Shown: positions 1 through 9,693, numbered from the stretch's first letter. The stretch is 32,211 nt of DNA from a virus (IMGVR_UViG_3300042549_004104:327353-359563); one strand, 5' to 3'. Program-made: numbers and translations. Notes: generated from the letters alone by a model not told the origin.

Positions 1-48
1 GATTCCAAAACAAGGTGTGACGGAAGCAAGATATTACAGGAGGTAATT

Positions 49-432
49 ATGTACAGTGCAAAAGTGTTAGATCATTATGAGAATCCTCGTAATGTTGGTA
101 GTTTTAATATTGACGATGACAACGTTGGCACTGGTATGGTTGGTGCTCCAGCTTGTGGTGATGTGATGAAATTACAGATTAAAGTAAAAGATGGGATCAT
201 CACCGATGCACGTTTTAAAACGTATGGATGTGGCTCAGCTATTGCAAGTAGTTCGCTAGTTACAGAGTGGGTTAAAGGCAAGACATTAGTCGAGGCAGCA
301 ACTATTAAAAATTCGGAAATCTCTGAAGAACTTGCTCTCCCTCCAGTTAAAATACATTGTAGTATCTTAGCAGAAGATGCTATCAAAGCCGCAGTAGAAG
401 ATTATAAAAAGAAACATGATATCATTATCTGA
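49..432 (+). CDS. iscU: Fe-S cluster scaffold protein IscU
   Basis: YSAKVLDHYENPRNVG start, three conserved Cys (APACGD, GCGSAIAS, KIHC) and the LPPVK HscA-binding motif; SD-like GGAGG upstream. Confidence 0.96.
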   Translation: MYSAKVLDHYENPRNVGSFNIDDDNVGTGMVGAPACGDVMKLQIKVKDGIITDARFKTYGCGSAIASSSLVTEWVKGKTLVEAATIKNSEISEELALPPVKIHCSILAEDAIKAAVEDYKKKHDIII

Positions 433-739
433 CAAAGCAAAAACAAAAATAGAAACTCTATTAAAGAGTTCCCAGCATGCTGGGATTCGTATAGGGGTGA
501 AAACAACTGGTTGTAGTGGTTTAGCATATGTATTAGAATATGTAAAAGAATACGTTGATGATCCTACTACTATCAATTATGCTCAACCTAACTTTTGTGT
601 ATTAGTGGATAAAAAACACAATGTATATCTAGAGGGTCTTACAATGGATTATGTCCGTAATGGACTAAATGAGGGTTTTGAGTTTCAAAACCCCAATGAA
701 CGTGACCGCTGTGGATGCGGAGAAAGTTTTAGAGTATGA
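416..739 (+). CDS. iscA: A-type Fe-S carrier IscA
   Basis: [16 protein letters not shown] and C-terminal [16 protein letters not shown] motifs; overlaps the iscU 3' end. Confidence 0.92.
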   Translation: MISLSDKAKTKIETLLKSSQHAGIRIGVKTTGCSGLAYVLEYVKEYVDDPTTINYAQPNFCVLVDKKHNVYLEGLTMDYVRNGLNEGFEFQNPNERDRCGCGESFRV

Positions 740-1059
740 TAACAATCACCGAATCAGCAAGTTTTAAAATAGCAGATATTATAGCGGAAGAGAACAATCC
801 CGACTTAAAATTACGCATGTTTGTGCAGGGCGGGGGATGCTCAGGATTCAGCTATGGATTCACCTTAGACGAGATAAAAAATGAAGATGACTTTGAAGTT
901 TCAGCAGGTTCCACAAGTGTCCTGGTTGACGCAATGTCGGCTCAATATCTTCAGGGCGTAGAAGTTGACTATGTAGAAACTCTAATGGGAGCAGAATTTA
1001 AAATTAAAAACCCCACAGCAGTTAGTACATGTGGATGCGGGAGTTCATTCGCTGTTTAA
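736..1059 (+). CDS. erpA: A-type Fe-S carrier, ErpA-like
   Basis: [28 protein letters not shown] and [14 protein letters not shown] motifs; ATGA overlap with iscA. Confidence 0.85.
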   Translation: MITITESASFKIADIIAEENNPDLKLRMFVQGGGCSGFSYGFTLDEIKNEDDFEVSAGSTSVLVDAMSAQYLQGVEVDYVETLMGAEFKIKNPTAVSTCGCGSSFAV

Positions 1060-1067
1060 GATAAATA
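1060..1067 (+). promoter_or_regulatory. T4-type late promoter-like motif GATAAATA
   Basis: 7/8 match to TATAAATA, 17 nt upstream of a structural gene. Confidence 0.55.
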
Positions 1068-1084
1068 CATAATAGGGACATAAA

Positions 1085-2647
1085 ATGGCAATTTCCGGAC
1101 AACAAAATATCAATATCGGGGCAGAAAACACTCAAACAGGTAGTGACAGTCTTTACACCGCCTTTAATAAAGTACAAGATAATTTTACAAAATTATTTGG
1201 TAATTCTAGTAATTACAACACATTCAATGCGGGTGCAGGAATTGCAGCCGGTAACGATAGTGCAAATGGAATTGTTACTATAACTAATACAGGTGTTACA
1301 AGTTTAACTGCAGGCACAGGGATAGCTATTTCATCGCAAACAGGTAATATTATAATCTCAGCTAGTGGTAATGGAAATGTAGGAGTAACGTCAGTAGATA
1401 TAACCAGCAATACACTTACAATTAGTGGAAATACAATTGTAAGCTCAGGAACATTTACAGTTGATTTACCAATACTAGAAACAACTGCGACATTTGCTCC
1501 CGGTGATTATATTGCACCTTCTGTTACTGTAGATGAAACAGGTAGAATCACTGCAATTGCAAATACAGAAAGCATCGGTACAGTTACCAGTGTAGCTTTA
1601 CAAGCAAATGGTTCCGGACTAAGTGTTACAAATAGTCCTATAACAAGCAACGGTGTTATATACATTGAAAATACCGGAGTCACAAAATTAAACCAAGGAC
1701 GAGGAATACTGTTAAGCGGAAGCAGTGGCGAGATTAGTATATCTACTACCACTGGTGGTCAAGGAAGTGTGACAGAAGTAGAATTCTTTAGTAATAGCTT
1801 AACTATTACTGGTTCTCCTGTAACAACAACAGGTAATGTAAACATTGATTTACCTAATAACATATCAGTTTCAGGAAACATTACAGCAAATTATCTTATC
1901 GGAAATGGTAGTCAACTAACTGGTATTACTAGCACTTATTCAAACACAAATGTAGCGGCATATCTACCAACGTATACCGGTAATATCACCGGTAACTATT
2001 TTATAGGCAATGGTTCAACATTAACAAACATAACAGGTAGTAACGTAAGTGGTTATGTGCCAAATTCAAATATTGCAAATACAGCAACTACAGCAACTAC
2101 AGCCGGTACAGTAACAACTAATGCACAACCTAATATTACTAGTGTAGGTACATTAAGTAGTTTATCAGTAACAGGTAACATAAGTGCTGGTAATTTAACA
2201 GGTACTACTTATGTAGCAGGTACATTAACAACCGCGGCTCAACCTAATATTACTAGTGTAGGTACATTATCAAACGTTACAGTATCAGGAACAGTTACAA
2301 CAACAAATGCAAACGTATCTGGTAACTTAGTTATGGGTAATACTTCAACTTTGTTGTTCAATGCATTCAGTGATCCATCTAAACAAGTAGCTTTGCAAGC
2401 CCCGGATAATTTAGTGTCTGGTAATTTGATTGGTTGGTTTTTACCTAACACTCAGGGTAACGTAGGTGAATTCTTAACTAACACCGGTGGTAATTCTGAG
2501 TTAGAATGGAAAACAGTCGCAACAACTGCTCCGGGAGCAAACAATTCTACTGGACAGGCAGGTCAAATTGCATTTGATAGCGGTTACATTTATGTTTGTG
2601 TTGCTACAAATACCTGGAAACGAGCATCATTGGCTACTTGGCCATAA
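1085..2647 (+). CDS. Virion structural / tail-fibre-baseplate-like protein (520 aa)
   Basis: N-terminal INIGAE..TGSDSLYTAFNKVQDNF resembles T4 gp9/gp10-type N-termini; T/G/N/S-rich repeats (NAQPNITSVGTL x2); C-terminal GQIAFDSGYIYVCVATNTWKR typical of phage tail proteins. Confidence 0.72.
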   Translation: MAISGQQNINIGAENTQTGSDSLYTAFNKVQDNFTKLFGNSSNYNTFNAGAGIAAGNDSANGIVTITNTGVTSLTAGTGIAISSQTGNIIISASGNGNVGVTSVDITSNTLTISGNTIVSSGTFTVDLPILETTATFAPGDYIAPSVTVDETGRITAIANTESIGTVTSVALQANGSGLSVTNSPITSNGVIYIENTGVTKLNQGRGILLSGSSGEISISTTTGGQGSVTEVEFFSNSLTITGSPVTTTGNVNIDLPNNISVSGNITANYLIGNGSQLTGITSTYSNTNVAAYLPTYTGNITGNYFIGNGSTLTNITGSNVSGYVPNSNIANTATTATTAGTVTTNAQPNITSVGTLSSLSVTGNISAGNLTGTTYVAGTLTTAAQPNITSVGTLSNVTVSGTVTTTNANVSGNLVMGNTSTLLFNAFSDPSKQVALQAPDNLVSGNLIGWFLPNTQGNVGEFLTNTGGNSELEWKTVATTAPGANNSTGQAGQIAFDSGYIYVCVATNTWKRASLATWP

Positions 2648-2665
2648 CATATTATCCATATTAGA

Positions 2666-2687
2666 CTAAATACTCAATAGGAGTATT
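2666..2687 (+). promoter_or_regulatory. Late promoter-like CTAAATA overlapping an RBS-occluding hairpin
   Basis: aatactc-aatag-gagtatt 7-bp stem contains the AGGAG SD of the 2696 gene and the 3' half of the late motif. Confidence 0.6.
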
Positions 2688-2695
2688 ATAATAAC

Positions 2696-5600
2696 ATGGT
2701 AACAACCCCACCACAAACACTTGTAAATGTAAGTGCCGATCCTGCACTTAACACTATTTATCCAGCGACAGCGCAATCTATTCCAGCTGTCACTAACGCA
2801 TCAATATACATAACCGACAAAACTGAGTACATTACTAACATTATCAACAGTGCTGTTGCCGGTGGTGAAACTGATGAAGTACAGTTCAATGTTAATGATA
2901 AACTTGTAGGAGATAGCGGATTATTGTACGATATGGATACTGATACATTGACGGTATCAGGCAATGTCGTTACGGGTAATCTAAAAACAAATAATTTATT
3001 GTATGCAAATGGAACAGCATGGAGTTTCAGCGGGGGTAATTCTACATATAGTAACAGTAATGTTGCTAATTATCTTGTCACTTACACTGGTAATATAAAT
3101 GCAAACATTGTTGTTGCTACTATACTCAGTGGAAACCATAATGGTAATGGTTCCGGTTTAACAAGTATACCGGGTGCTAATGTTACCGGATATGTACCAA
3201 ATGCAACAAATGCAAATTCAGCAACTACAGCGGGTACTGTAACAACTAATGCACAACCTAATATTACAAGTGTTGGTACACTAACTGGGCTAACAGTAAC
3301 TGCAACTATTAGTGGTAACATAACAGGAAACGCAAACTATGCAAATACTACTGGTTCTGCAACAACTGCGGCTACAGTAACAACTAATGCACAACCTAAT
3401 ATTACTAGTTTAGGTACCTTAACTAGTGTAATAGCATCCGGTAATGTTACTTTACAATCTAATGCACAATTATCAATATCAAATACTACAGAAAGTACGA
3501 CTACCACAACAGGTGCATTGAGAGTTGTAGGTGGTATTGCAAGTCAGGGTAATATTCATGCTAATCATATTCATGCATTCAATTCATTAAATGCAGGGCA
3601 ACATTTGTTTGCAGGTAATAATGCACAAGGTTCTAGCTTCCAAAGTCAAGTTATAGTAGGTAAAGATACTGCAACTGCATATGTTCAATCTGCAATGGTT
3701 AATAGTGCAGATACAGGTAGTGCTGATTGGATTGCATACGGTGAAAGTGGTGATGATGAACAAGGTTGGAATGACTTTGGTTACACTGGTACTAACTTTA
3801 ATGACGCTAACTATACAATTACTAAAGCCAGTGACGGATATATCTTTACTCAAGGGATGAGTGGTCAAGGTGGTAACCTTGTATTAGCGACCGGCGATAT
3901 AGGTGCTGTATCTTATCGTGACATTGTTTTTGCAACTGGTGGATTTGCAAACACTAATGAAAAATTACGTATATCACACGCTAGTAATACTGTTATGCCT
4001 TACAGTAACGCAACTATGCATTTAGGTAATAGTACACGTTATTTTGCTAATATGTTTGTTAGTAATATAACAGTGTCCTCAAGTATTATCTCTCCGACAC
4101 TTGTAACAGCTGGTGGTTCAAGTCTGTTCCAAAGATCATTACTTGATACTGGTCTTAATGTACGAGGTGATCCTTTAGGCGGTTCTATATTTATTTACGG
4201 TTATGGAAGCGATGGTAATGGTACCGGTGCTAGTGAGATAGACCTTGTTTCTACTTCAAATAGGGTAGATATTTACTCTGAATGGGGTACTGCAAATCAA
4301 TCTAAGTGGTCTTTTAGAAATGTTGATGATGGTTCAGGTGGTAAGTTTGGAATATTTGAAACTCCGGATATATCAATAGGTTCTGTTGGTAACAACGATC
4401 AAATTACAAGTAATGATGATACTCACAACATTTTAGTAGGTAACAAGGATCTATCATCATTTATAATGATAGGTGGACCGGACGCTTCAGGTACAGATGG
4501 TGTTTACCCTATTAAAAATACAGTAAAAATACATTCTAATGCGGCATTCGGTGAAGGGCCGGGACTTATTTTATTCAAAGCCGGTGATGACTTTGCTTCT
4601 CCAAACGCAGTAGCCAAACTAGAAATGGGAGACATTGCTGACAAAAATCACAGTTTCCCACCTACAGGTAATGCAGTGTTAGAATTGACTAGTACTATAT
4701 CTATGTACGGTGGTCTAGTGTCTTACGGTGATATTACTATACCGGCTGGTCATAGTTTAGGTATTAGAAGCAATATAATATTTCAAGATGGATCAATTCA
4801 AAATACTGCTTACACAGGATCCGGTAGTGCCAATACAGGCAATGTAACATTTAATGATATCAACATCATTGGCACAGGTAACTTACGTTTGCAACCAGAT
4901 GAAACTGATAGTGATGCATATTTAGACATCTATTTAACTAGTGGTCCAGATATTCATATTGCTGGCAACGGTGAAACAGTCATTCTAGGTACTGATGACT
5001 TTGCGAATGTAACCGTCAATGTTGATGGTAATGTTTCCATACAAGCTGGTGATGCCAATGGCACACATACTTGGAAGTTTGAAACAGATGGTAATATAAC
5101 TATTCCGGGCGATATCATTGGTACTAGTACCATAAACATCGACAACCGTGCTTCAGGCAACTCCGCAGATATCAACTTGTACGCAGCCGATGACATCACT
5201 ATACAAGGTCGTGATCGCGGTGCAGGATCCAGTTCTGAAGGTGGCGACATCAATATTTTTGCCGGTAATTCGGCTGTAGATAGTGACAGCAGCGGCGGCG
5301 ATATTCAAATCTACGCCGGCAACGGTGGAAACGCCAACGTTGACTATAGCGGCCAAGGCGGATTTATTACCATAGCAAGCGGACGCGGCGGCAATGCTTC
5401 CACTGGCGTTGGTAACTACCCTGCCGAAGATGGTGGTGAACTCACACTTCGTGCTGGTAATGCTGGCAACAATAATGGCAACATTGATAGAGGAGCTGAC
5501 GGTGGTTTTGTATACATCGAAGCCGGCGATAGCACTGGCAACACTATTGACGGTGGTGGCATCGCCCTGACCACAGGTTTAGGCGGTGCCAATGCTCTAG

Positions 5601-7831
5601 CCGGCAATGTAGAGATTAATATTCCCAGCAGTGATTTAGGTGCTGGCGGTACCTGGATTTTTGACGGTTATGGTAACTTGACATTACCGGGTAGTATTGT
5701 AACTCCTAACGGCGTTACTGCTGTGATTGGCTATACAACTGGTACAGCCGGGGCTCCGTTAACAATCACTGCTGGCGATGGCGGTTCTGCGGCAACTGGT
5801 TGGAATGGCGGAGAAGGTGGTAATCTAACGATTGCTGCGGGTGATGCTGGATCTGATATAGGTAACCCAAGTTGGGGGAACACAGGCGGTACTCTTGTAT
5901 TAAGAGGTGGAAACTCAACACAGCCATATCACGGTAGTGATGTTCAAATTCATAGTGGTAACTCTGTAGCATCACCTGGTTTAATATCGTTGCACACTGG
6001 CACAAATCAATGGACATTTGATAAAAACGGTACTACAACATTACCCAACAATGCTATTATCATTGCACCGAATACAAATGACTTGACACTAAGGGTAACA
6101 GGTGAATATAATATCTGTACTATACAAACTGCGGGCAGTGGGTATAGCGGTAGTATTACATTACCGACTACAACAACAGGTGGTAATGGCTCGGGAATGA
6201 CTGTAAATTTTGGATATGGCATAAGCGGTCAATTGACCAGCGTTAGTGTAAGTGATCCTGGCACAGGTTATTCAAACGGAGATATTATTGGAGTAGACGG
6301 TGGTAGTGGTACATTCGTACTAACTAATTATAATCCTGCAGTCAATGGTGTTGCTCCTAATAATAATACTGCGCCAGCTGATTGGATATTTGACACAAAC
6401 GGAAATATAATATTACCAACTAATTACTCAAGTATTAACTATGCAAATGGTACTAGCATATTAAGTGGATTGAGTGGCGGTGCCAATACAGGTGATTTCA
6501 CATTCTCCACTAACACTATGTCGTTGACACCAGGTGATGATATGGTAATTAGTCTTGATGATGAAGCAGAGGATGGTTATGTTTTAGAACAGAATGTGAC
6601 GATGGGTGTAGGTAATGTTAGTACACGGACACGCTTGGGTACAAGTGACTTTACTATTGAAACGGACGTTCTAGGTGTAGGTCATCAATTCTCATTTAAC
6701 AGTGACGGATCTTTTGATGTTCCCGGAAATATTACAACATTTGATGTTAACATTGCATTAATCGCAATGGATGCAGGTAGTCACCCTACAGCAAGTTTGA
6801 AATCTGTCAGTAACGTAAATGATCCAAACGTGTTTAGTACTTTTGACGCTACACCAACAGGTGCAAACATTAAAGTGTATGACGGTGGGTCTAGTGGTGG
6901 CACAGAATATGCTTGGCAGTTTGGTGATGACGGTAGTCTAACTACACCAAGTAGCTTAGTGATTGGTTCAAGATCTGGCGGTGGTTCACTTTTACAACAA
7001 AATGATGCCGCTCTAGACATTATAGGAGAAGGTAGTAGTGCTGGTGTCCAGCTGGGCTGGGCAGCAAATTTAACTGCACCTGATAATGTTGCACTAATAG
7101 CAATGAATTACCCAGGTGGTGGCGAAGGAAATGTATTGATTGCTGTAGGTAATAACGCAACTACAGTAAACTACTGGCTCTTTGACAATACCGGTAACTT
7201 GACATTGCCTACAGGTGGTGCATTAACTACTACAGGTAATGTAACTGGTAATTTCTTTATCGGTAACGGTAGTCAGTTAACAGGTATTGTTGCCGCGGCA
7301 GGTAGTAACATTGCTAACGGTAACAGTAATGTATCTATCGCAACAGCAAACGGTAATGTAACTATAACGGCAGTCGGCAATACGACTATGACAGTTACTG
7401 GTACTGGTGCTAATATCACTGGAACATTGAATGCTACTGGTAATATCAGCGGTGCTAATATTTCAGCTACTGGTACGTTGACTTCAACTGGTAAAATTGG
7501 TTATGCATCAGGTTCTACTGTTACTCAAACTTCTAATAGAGGTAACGGGGTGAATATCAATGCATTAGCAGGTACTATTATTACTGTAAGTGCTAGTATG
7601 GTAGCCGATGAGATAAGTGTATTCTCAGTAACAAACAATCAAGTTGATACTAACAATGATATTGTGCTAGTCCAAGTTGTTAGTCCAAATTTAGGAAATT
7701 ACAATGTTATTGCTAACCCTAATTCAGGTATAGGTGGTTTCTACTTGACTTTGCAAAACATCAGTGGTTTCTCAATAAGTGCAGAAGCAGTTACTATTAG
7801 ATTTATGGTTATCAAGGCACCTAATGCGTAA
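2696..7831 (+). CDS. Long tail-fibre / adhesin-like structural protein (1711 aa)
   Basis: G/T/N/S-rich, modular, repeated W-x-F-x3-G-x3-P junctions, shares NAQPNITSxGTL and GNGSQLTGI repeats with the upstream gene. Confidence 0.72.
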   Translation: MVTTPPQTLVNVSADPALNTIYPATAQSIPAVTNASIYITDKTEYITNIINSAVAGGETDEVQFNVNDKLVGDSGLLYDMDTDTLTVSGNVVTGNLKTNNLLYANGTAWSFSGGNSTYSNSNVANYLVTYTGNINANIVVATILSGNHNGNGSGLTSIPGANVTGYVPNATNANSATTAGTVTTNAQPNITSVGTLTGLTVTATISGNITGNANYANTTGSATTAATVTTNAQPNITSLGTLTSVIASGNVTLQSNAQLSISNTTESTTTTTGALRVVGGIASQGNIHANHIHAFNSLNAGQHLFAGNNAQGSSFQSQVIVGKDTATAYVQSAMVNSADTGSADWIAYGESGDDEQGWNDFGYTGTNFNDANYTITKASDGYIFTQGMSGQGGNLVLATGDIGAVSYRDIVFATGGFANTNEKLRISHASNTVMPYSNATMHLGNSTRYFANMFVSNITVSSSIISPTLVTAGGSSLFQRSLLDTGLNVRGDPLGGSIFIYGYGSDGNGTGASEIDLVSTSNRVDIYSEWGTANQSKWSFRNVDDGSGGKFGIFETPDISIGSVGNNDQITSNDDTHNILVGNKDLSSFIMIGGPDASGTDGVYPIKNTVKIHSNAAFGEGPGLILFKAGDDFASPNAVAKLEMGDIADKNHSFPPTGNAVLELTSTISMYGGLVSYGDITIPAGHSLGIRSNIIFQDGSIQNTAYTGSGSANTGNVTFNDINIIGTGNLRLQPDETDSDAYLDIYLTSGPDIHIAGNGETVILGTDDFANVTVNVDGNVSIQAGDANGTHTWKFETDGNITIPGDIIGTSTINIDNRASGNSADINLYAADDITIQGRDRGAGSSSEGGDINIFAGNSAVDSDSSGGDIQIYAGNGGNANVDYSGQGGFITIASGRGGNASTGVGNYPAEDGGELTLRAGNAGNNNGNIDRGADGGFVYIEAGDSTGNTIDGGGIALTTGLGGANALAGNVEINIPSSDLGAGGTWIFDGYGNLTLPGSIVTPNGVTAVIGYTTGTAGAPLTITAGDGGSAATGWNGGEGGNLTIAAGDAGSDIGNPSWGNTGGTLVLRGGNSTQPYHGSDVQIHSGNSVASPGLISLHTGTNQWTFDKNGTTTLPNNAIIIAPNTNDLTLRVTGEYNICTIQTAGSGYSGSITLPTTTTGGNGSGMTVNFGYGISGQLTSVSVSDPGTGYSNGDIIGVDGGSGTFVLTNYNPAVNGVAPNNNTAPADWIFDTNGNIILPTNYSSINYANGTSILSGLSGGANTGDFTFSTNTMSLTPGDDMVISLDDEAEDGYVLEQNVTMGVGNVSTRTRLGTSDFTIETDVLGVGHQFSFNSDGSFDVPGNITTFDVNIALIAMDAGSHPTASLKSVSNVNDPNVFSTFDATPTGANIKVYDGGSSGGTEYAWQFGDDGSLTTPSSLVIGSRSGGGSLLQQNDAALDIIGEGSSAGVQLGWAANLTAPDNVALIAMNYPGGGEGNVLIAVGNNATTVNYWLFDNTGNLTLPTGGALTTTGNVTGNFFIGNGSQLTGIVAAAGSNIANGNSNVSIATANGNVTITAVGNTTMTVTGTGANITGTLNATGNISGANISATGTLTSTGKIGYASGSTVTQTSNRGNGVNINALAGTIITVSASMVADEISVFSVTNNQVDTNNDIVLVQVVSPNLGNYNVIANPNSGIGGFYLTLQNISGFSISAEAVTIRFMVIKAPNA

Positions 7832-7848
7832 CTAAAATAATCGTCCAT

Positions 7849-7875
7849 AAAAAAAGCCCCTTACGGGGCTTTTTT
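7849..7875. terminator. Bidirectional intrinsic terminator
   Basis: AAAAAAAGCCCC-TTAC-GGGGCTTTTTT between convergent gene blocks. Confidence 0.9.
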
Positions 7876-8095
7876 ATTTTCCTAGTCTATACAGCATGTA
7901 AGCGGTATATTTAGTTTGACACATTGATACAACGTCTTGATAGGGCCATTCTAAATAAAAAGGACATCCACCGTCTTTCCATGAACTAGTTTTCATAAAG
8001 TGACGTAACGCCTTTAAATCTTCAACTTTACTAGGATCAAATTTTCTGCGGCGTAATGCATAATCACTTAATATAGTCCAATTATCAATAGCCAT
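7874..8095 (-). CDS. Hypothetical protein
   Basis: 73-aa ORF coupled to the upstream ORF by a TAATG overlap. Confidence 0.7.
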   Translation of the reverse strand: MAIDNWTILSDYALRRRKFDPSKVEDLKALRHFMKTSSWKDGGCPFYLEWPYQDVVSMCQTKYTAYMLYRLGK

Positions 8096-8283
8096 TAATC
8101 ACGTTCCATTTCACTGGCTTCTACAATAACCTTATTTACGTCATCCAAAGTAGGGCACATAATCTTTGCAGTCTTCCAATCGTCATCGTGGTCACGACCG
8201 GACACTTCAACCATATATCCATTATCATAGAAATACACGGTTACACTGTCACCGGCTTTTTTCAATTTAGTAATTACTTTCAT
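8095..8283 (-). CDS. Hypothetical protein
   Basis: 62-aa ORF with AAGGA SD. Confidence 0.7.
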   Translation of the reverse strand: MKVITKLKKAGDSVTVYFYDNGYMVEVSGRDHDDDWKTAKIMCPTLDDVNKVIVEASEMERD

Positions 8284-8309
8284 TTTGTTTCCTTATTATA
8301 AATGGTTAT

Positions 8310-8326
8310 AGGGGCATTGCGCCCCT
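8310..8326 (-). terminator. GC-rich hairpin, possible terminator or processing site
   Basis: aggggc-attgc-gcccct just after the 8334 stop; weak U-tract. Confidence 0.4.
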
Positions 8327-8333
8327 TAAAATA

Positions 8334-8693
8334 TCACTCAGTTGTTTCTGGCGCAGTAGCCTTAACTGATGTTTTTGCACGTGCCTTGATAGAGTCAAGG
8401 CTTGGCTTAGTAACTTTAACCTTAACTTCGCCTTTGCTTGATTCCTTAACACGATCAACAAGAGCATCGCTCAATGTTGCTTGATCGGAGGGACTTTGAA
8501 AATCTGCATGTGCTTGCAAATATTTAAGAGCCTCAATCTTATCCATCTCTGAGGGCAATTCAACGAAATCACAACGAGTGGCTCCGCCCTTTGTGAATTG
8601 CTTGACACGACGGACCATGTCATCTGTGAAACGAACCTTAGCGTTACCGTTGTGAACAGTAATACCTGCGACTTTGAAAGTTTGATTAGCCAT
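8334..8693 (-). CDS. Hypothetical protein (119 aa; start moved to MANQ)
   Basis: AAAGGA SD before the ATG at 8693; the longer ORF start overlaps the promoter. Confidence 0.75.
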   Translation of the reverse strand: MANQTFKVAGITVHNGNAKVRFTDDMVRRVKQFTKGGATRCDFVELPSEMDKIEALKYLQAHADFQSPSDQATLSDALVDRVKESSKGEVKVKVTKPSLDSIKARAKTSVKATAPETTE

Positions 8694-8751
8694 TTGTATT
8701 CCTTTAAAAAATATAGCTAGTTGATAAAATATGCTTTTCAGCACAGTTATA

Positions 8752-8780
8752 ATGATAACACAAAGGGTTATTGTTGTCAA
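8752..8780 (-). promoter_or_regulatory. Sigma70-type promoter
   Basis: TTGACA-17-TATCAT. Confidence 0.75.
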
Positions 8781-8807
8781 CCATTTGTGTTACCAAAATC
8801 TTGTTAA

Positions 8808-9218
8808 TTAACCCAAAGTGTAGGGCTTGTTCCATTTGCCGATGTGTACTTCAACATACCAACCTACGTTAAAGTAGTCGGATTGGATATCACTTTTGTC
8901 CCAATTACCATCGTTCATTGCTTCCATGATTTCGGTAAGGAATGCCTTAGCATCACCGTCATAGTGTTCATGGAACCAGTAAGGGTTGATAGAATCGTAA
9001 GCATTTGTGTTAGGCTTGAAACCACGTGCGACTTGATAGTGATCGGAACCACACACACGATTGGAATTAGCGATAAAGTCAATTTTACCTGACTTTAAGG
9101 TCAATGACAATGTAGAATGATGACGGACACTCAGTGAACCCTTGATGCCAAACTTTTTCAGCACATCCTTGACTTTAGGGGCAATTTCTGATTTGCGTTC
9201 CTGAGACATGTAAGCCAT
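8808..9218 (-). CDS. Conserved-looking phage hypothetical protein (136 aa; start MAYMSQ)
   Basis: CAGGAG SD; directly downstream of the 9252-9280 promoter. Confidence 0.75.
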   Translation of the reverse strand: MAYMSQERKSEIAPKVKDVLKKFGIKGSLSVRHHSTLSLTLKSGKIDFIANSNRVCGSDHYQVARGFKPNTNAYDSINPYWFHEHYDGDAKAFLTEIMEAMNDGNWDKSDIQSDYFNVGWYVEVHIGKWNKPYTLG

Positions 9219-9225
9219 TTGTTTC

Positions 9226-9265
9226 TCCTGTTGTTTACTGTTTAAGATTCTATTATATACCCAAA
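9226..9265 (-). repeat. 40-bp exact direct repeat (promoter/leader/SD), copy 1; copy 2 at 12453-12492
   Basis: tcctgttgtttactgtttaagattctattatatacccaaa identical in both places. Confidence 0.9.
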
Positions 9266-9280
9266 TCCATTTACTGTCAA
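9252..9280 (-). promoter_or_regulatory. Sigma70-type promoter
   Basis: TTGACA-17-TATAAT, perfect consensus. Confidence 0.88.
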
Positions 9281-9609
9281 GCCAATTTGAAAGATTTAAT
9301 GAATTCAGGACCAACATCCAAGCTAACAAAAGTATCACCTTGCATACCCTGCTCAGAATAAGAAACATCAGTATCCAACTCTATGCGATTAAGTAATACT
9401 TTTAAATCATTAATGAATTGCTTATCAGTATAGATAAGACCATCCGTGTCAACGTCCCAAGTATTAGTATCAAAATGAACACGGAGCTCACCAAAATCGC
9501 CCTCGTCATTTACATACGAAAGTTCTAATCCAGTCACAAGTACTGTCTTAGTGACATTGGACCAGTAGCCAGAACCATCAGTGCTCAGGGGTGTTTTAAC
9601 GTTAATCAT
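9277..9609 (-). CDS. Hypothetical protein
   Basis: 110-aa ORF with AAGGAG SD, below the 9641-9669 promoter. Confidence 0.75.
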   Translation of the reverse strand: MINVKTPLSTDGSGYWSNVTKTVLVTGLELSYVNDEGDFGELRVHFDTNTWDVDTDGLIYTDKQFINDLKVLLNRIELDTDVSYSEQGMQGDTFVSLDVGPEFIKSFKLA

Positions 9610-9640
9610 TTGCTAGCTCCTTTAATCAATCAATACACGT

Positions 9641-9669
9641 AGTATAGCACTATGTCCATTTATTGTCAA
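9641..9669 (-). promoter_or_regulatory. Sigma70-type promoter
   Basis: TTGACA-17-TATACT. Confidence 0.85.
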
Positions 9670-9693
9670 ATTTTGGTTAATTTCTTTTTAGTA

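Noticed and set aside
1-48. Possible 3' end of an upstream gene
   Set aside because: Too short to determine the frame or product.
75-7020. Minus-strand ORFs antisense to the Fe-S and fibre genes
   Set aside because: Shadow frames of well-supported plus-strand genes with biased codon usage.
1085-7831. Diversity-generating retroelement acting on the fibre genes
   Set aside because: No reverse transcriptase and no TR/VR pair differing only at adenines; repeats are ordinary structural duplications.
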